A stretch of 64,000 nucleotides of DNA, taken from assembly GCA_035621915.1 (NCBI GenBank), contig DASPWG010000267.1, forward strand, positions 415 to 64,414, written 5' to 3'. This DNA is from Streptosporangiaceae bacterium (GTDB lineage Bacteria > Actinomycetota > Actinomycetes > Streptosporangiales > Streptosporangiaceae). Made by a program: the position numbers and the translations under genes. Under the pieces are notes generated by a model. The model saw only the letters and a program-made list of their open reading frames with translations. It searched no databases and was not told the origin of the DNA. The first letter of the stretch is position 1; each line of letters starts with the position of its first letter. Positions 63,152 through 64,000 of this stretch are shown here, one piece after another.

Positions 63152-64000
63152 CTAGCCGGCGCCGGGCAGCACCGCGCGGATTTCACCTACAACGCGGCCG
63201 CCGCCGAAGACGTCGGGGCTGGCCAGCTCTGCCAGCCTGGCCGCGTCCGCGCCAGGCTCGGCCGTGACGCCAAGCTCGCGCAGCAGCGCGACCGTGACAG
63301 GGACGCGGGCCCTGGCGGCGCCGTCATCGATCTTCAGCGCCCCTGCCCGCCCGTCCGCGAGCGCGAACCCGTCCACGCCCTCGGCACCGCCCTTGAGCAG
63401 CAGCCCGGGCACCGCCTCCATCAGGAAGCGCTCTGGCCTGGTGGTCCCGGACGTCCAGGCCGGGAAGGCGCGCATGGCGTCGGCTACCGCGCGCTCCGCC
63501 GTGCCGTCGGCGGCCAGCACCAGCGCGCGGAAAGCCCTGGCCAGCCCGAGAACCGAGATTGCCATCAGCGGCGCACCGCAGCCGTCGACCCCGATCGCGG
63601 CGACAGGCTCGTCGGCCAGTTCGCTGACCGCGCGCCGGATCTCCTGCTGGAGCGGGTGCGCCGGGTCGGTGTAGGTCTCCGTGGGCCAGCCGTTGACCAC
63701 GCAGGTCGCGAGCATCGCGGCGTGCTTGCCGCTGCAGTTCATGTGCACGCGGTCTGCGCTGCCGCCCGCCAGGATGAGCGCGCGGCGCGCCTCCTCATCC
63801 AGCGGCCAGTCCGGCGGGCACTGCAGCGCCTTCTCGGTCAGCCCGGCGCCGGACAGGATCTCCCTGACCCCTGCGACGTGGAACTCCTCGCCGGAGTGGC
63901 TCGCGGCCGCGAGGGCCAGCAGTTCGCCGTCCAGCTTCAGTCCGCACCTGAGCATGGCGGTCGCCTGCAGCGGCTTGTTAGCCGACCGCGGGAAGACCGG
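63152..64000 (-). CDS. asparaginase (Rhizobium-type asparaginase II family); N-terminus outside the window
   Basis: ASHSGEEFH...MNCSGKHAAMLA...GVDGCGAP are family motifs. The reading frame stays open to the window edge (…RSANKPLQATAMLRCG). Confidence 0.75.
   Translation of the reverse strand, partial: PVFPRSANKPLQATAMLRCGLKLDGELLALAAASHSGEEFHVAGVREILSGAGLTEKALQCPPDWPLDEEARRALILAGGSADRVHMNCSGKHAAMLATCVVNGWPTETYTDPAHPLQQEIRRAVSELADEPVAAIGVDGCGAPLMAISVLGLARAFRALVLAADGTAERAVADAMRAFPAWTSGTTRPERFLMEAVPGLLLKGGAEGVDGFALADGRAGALKIDDGAARARVPVTVALLRELGVTAEPGADAARLAELASPDVFGGGRVVGEIRAVLPGAG

Overview
This window looks like a very GC-rich, GC3-biased chromosomal core segment of an actinobacterium (Actinomycetota). 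It is densely coding: I support about 50 CDS. All family calls come from motifs I recognise by eye; I ran no BLAST or HMM search.

Gene content, left to right:
- A translationally coupled housekeeping operon on the minus strand, metG-tatD-rsmA, then ispE and an ABC-F ATPase.
- rsmI divergent from a Pmt protein O-mannosyltransferase.
- A SigH/SigE-type ECF sigma factor, and a 1181-aa GT2/TagF fusion.
- Fatty-acid-type enzymes, an MFS exporter, a KamA-like radical SAM enzyme, and argS.
- A secreted protein followed by an OmpR/histidine-kinase pair.
- A co-directional string of four membrane-protein genes: DUF2079, a polytopic protein, an Fe-S reductase and TMEM175.
- The HspR regulon, dnaK-grpE-dnaJ-hspR-clpB, with two HAIR operators.
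- A TPR-like protein and a 770-aa NYN-domain protein with a long low-complexity linker.
- pyrE, fba, DUF3151, purA, purD, ltrA and purB.
- A MurA paralogue followed by an unclassified regulator.
- A convergent block on the minus strand: NrtR-like Nudix regulator, aminotransferase, GNAT, ATP-grasp and LLM monooxygenase.
- An orphan C5 DNA methyltransferase, blaI/blaR1-like genes, alaX, DUF2516, an XRE regulator and a partial asparaginase.

I found no rRNA, tRNA, CRISPR array, transposase, integrase or recognisable defence island.

The items most worth a second look are:
1. A tandem array of four ~70-bp hairpin modules with C-rich loops downstream of the sigma factor gene.
2. The NYN-domain/TPR gene pair.
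3. The NrtR-like regulator, with no NAD genes in this window, divergent from an orphan Dcm across a 43-bp palindrome.
4. The ATP-grasp/LLM pair of unknown function.
5. The MurA paralogue with a long, unassigned leader.

None of these amounts to strong evidence for a new system. They are hypotheses that need database and transcript checks.
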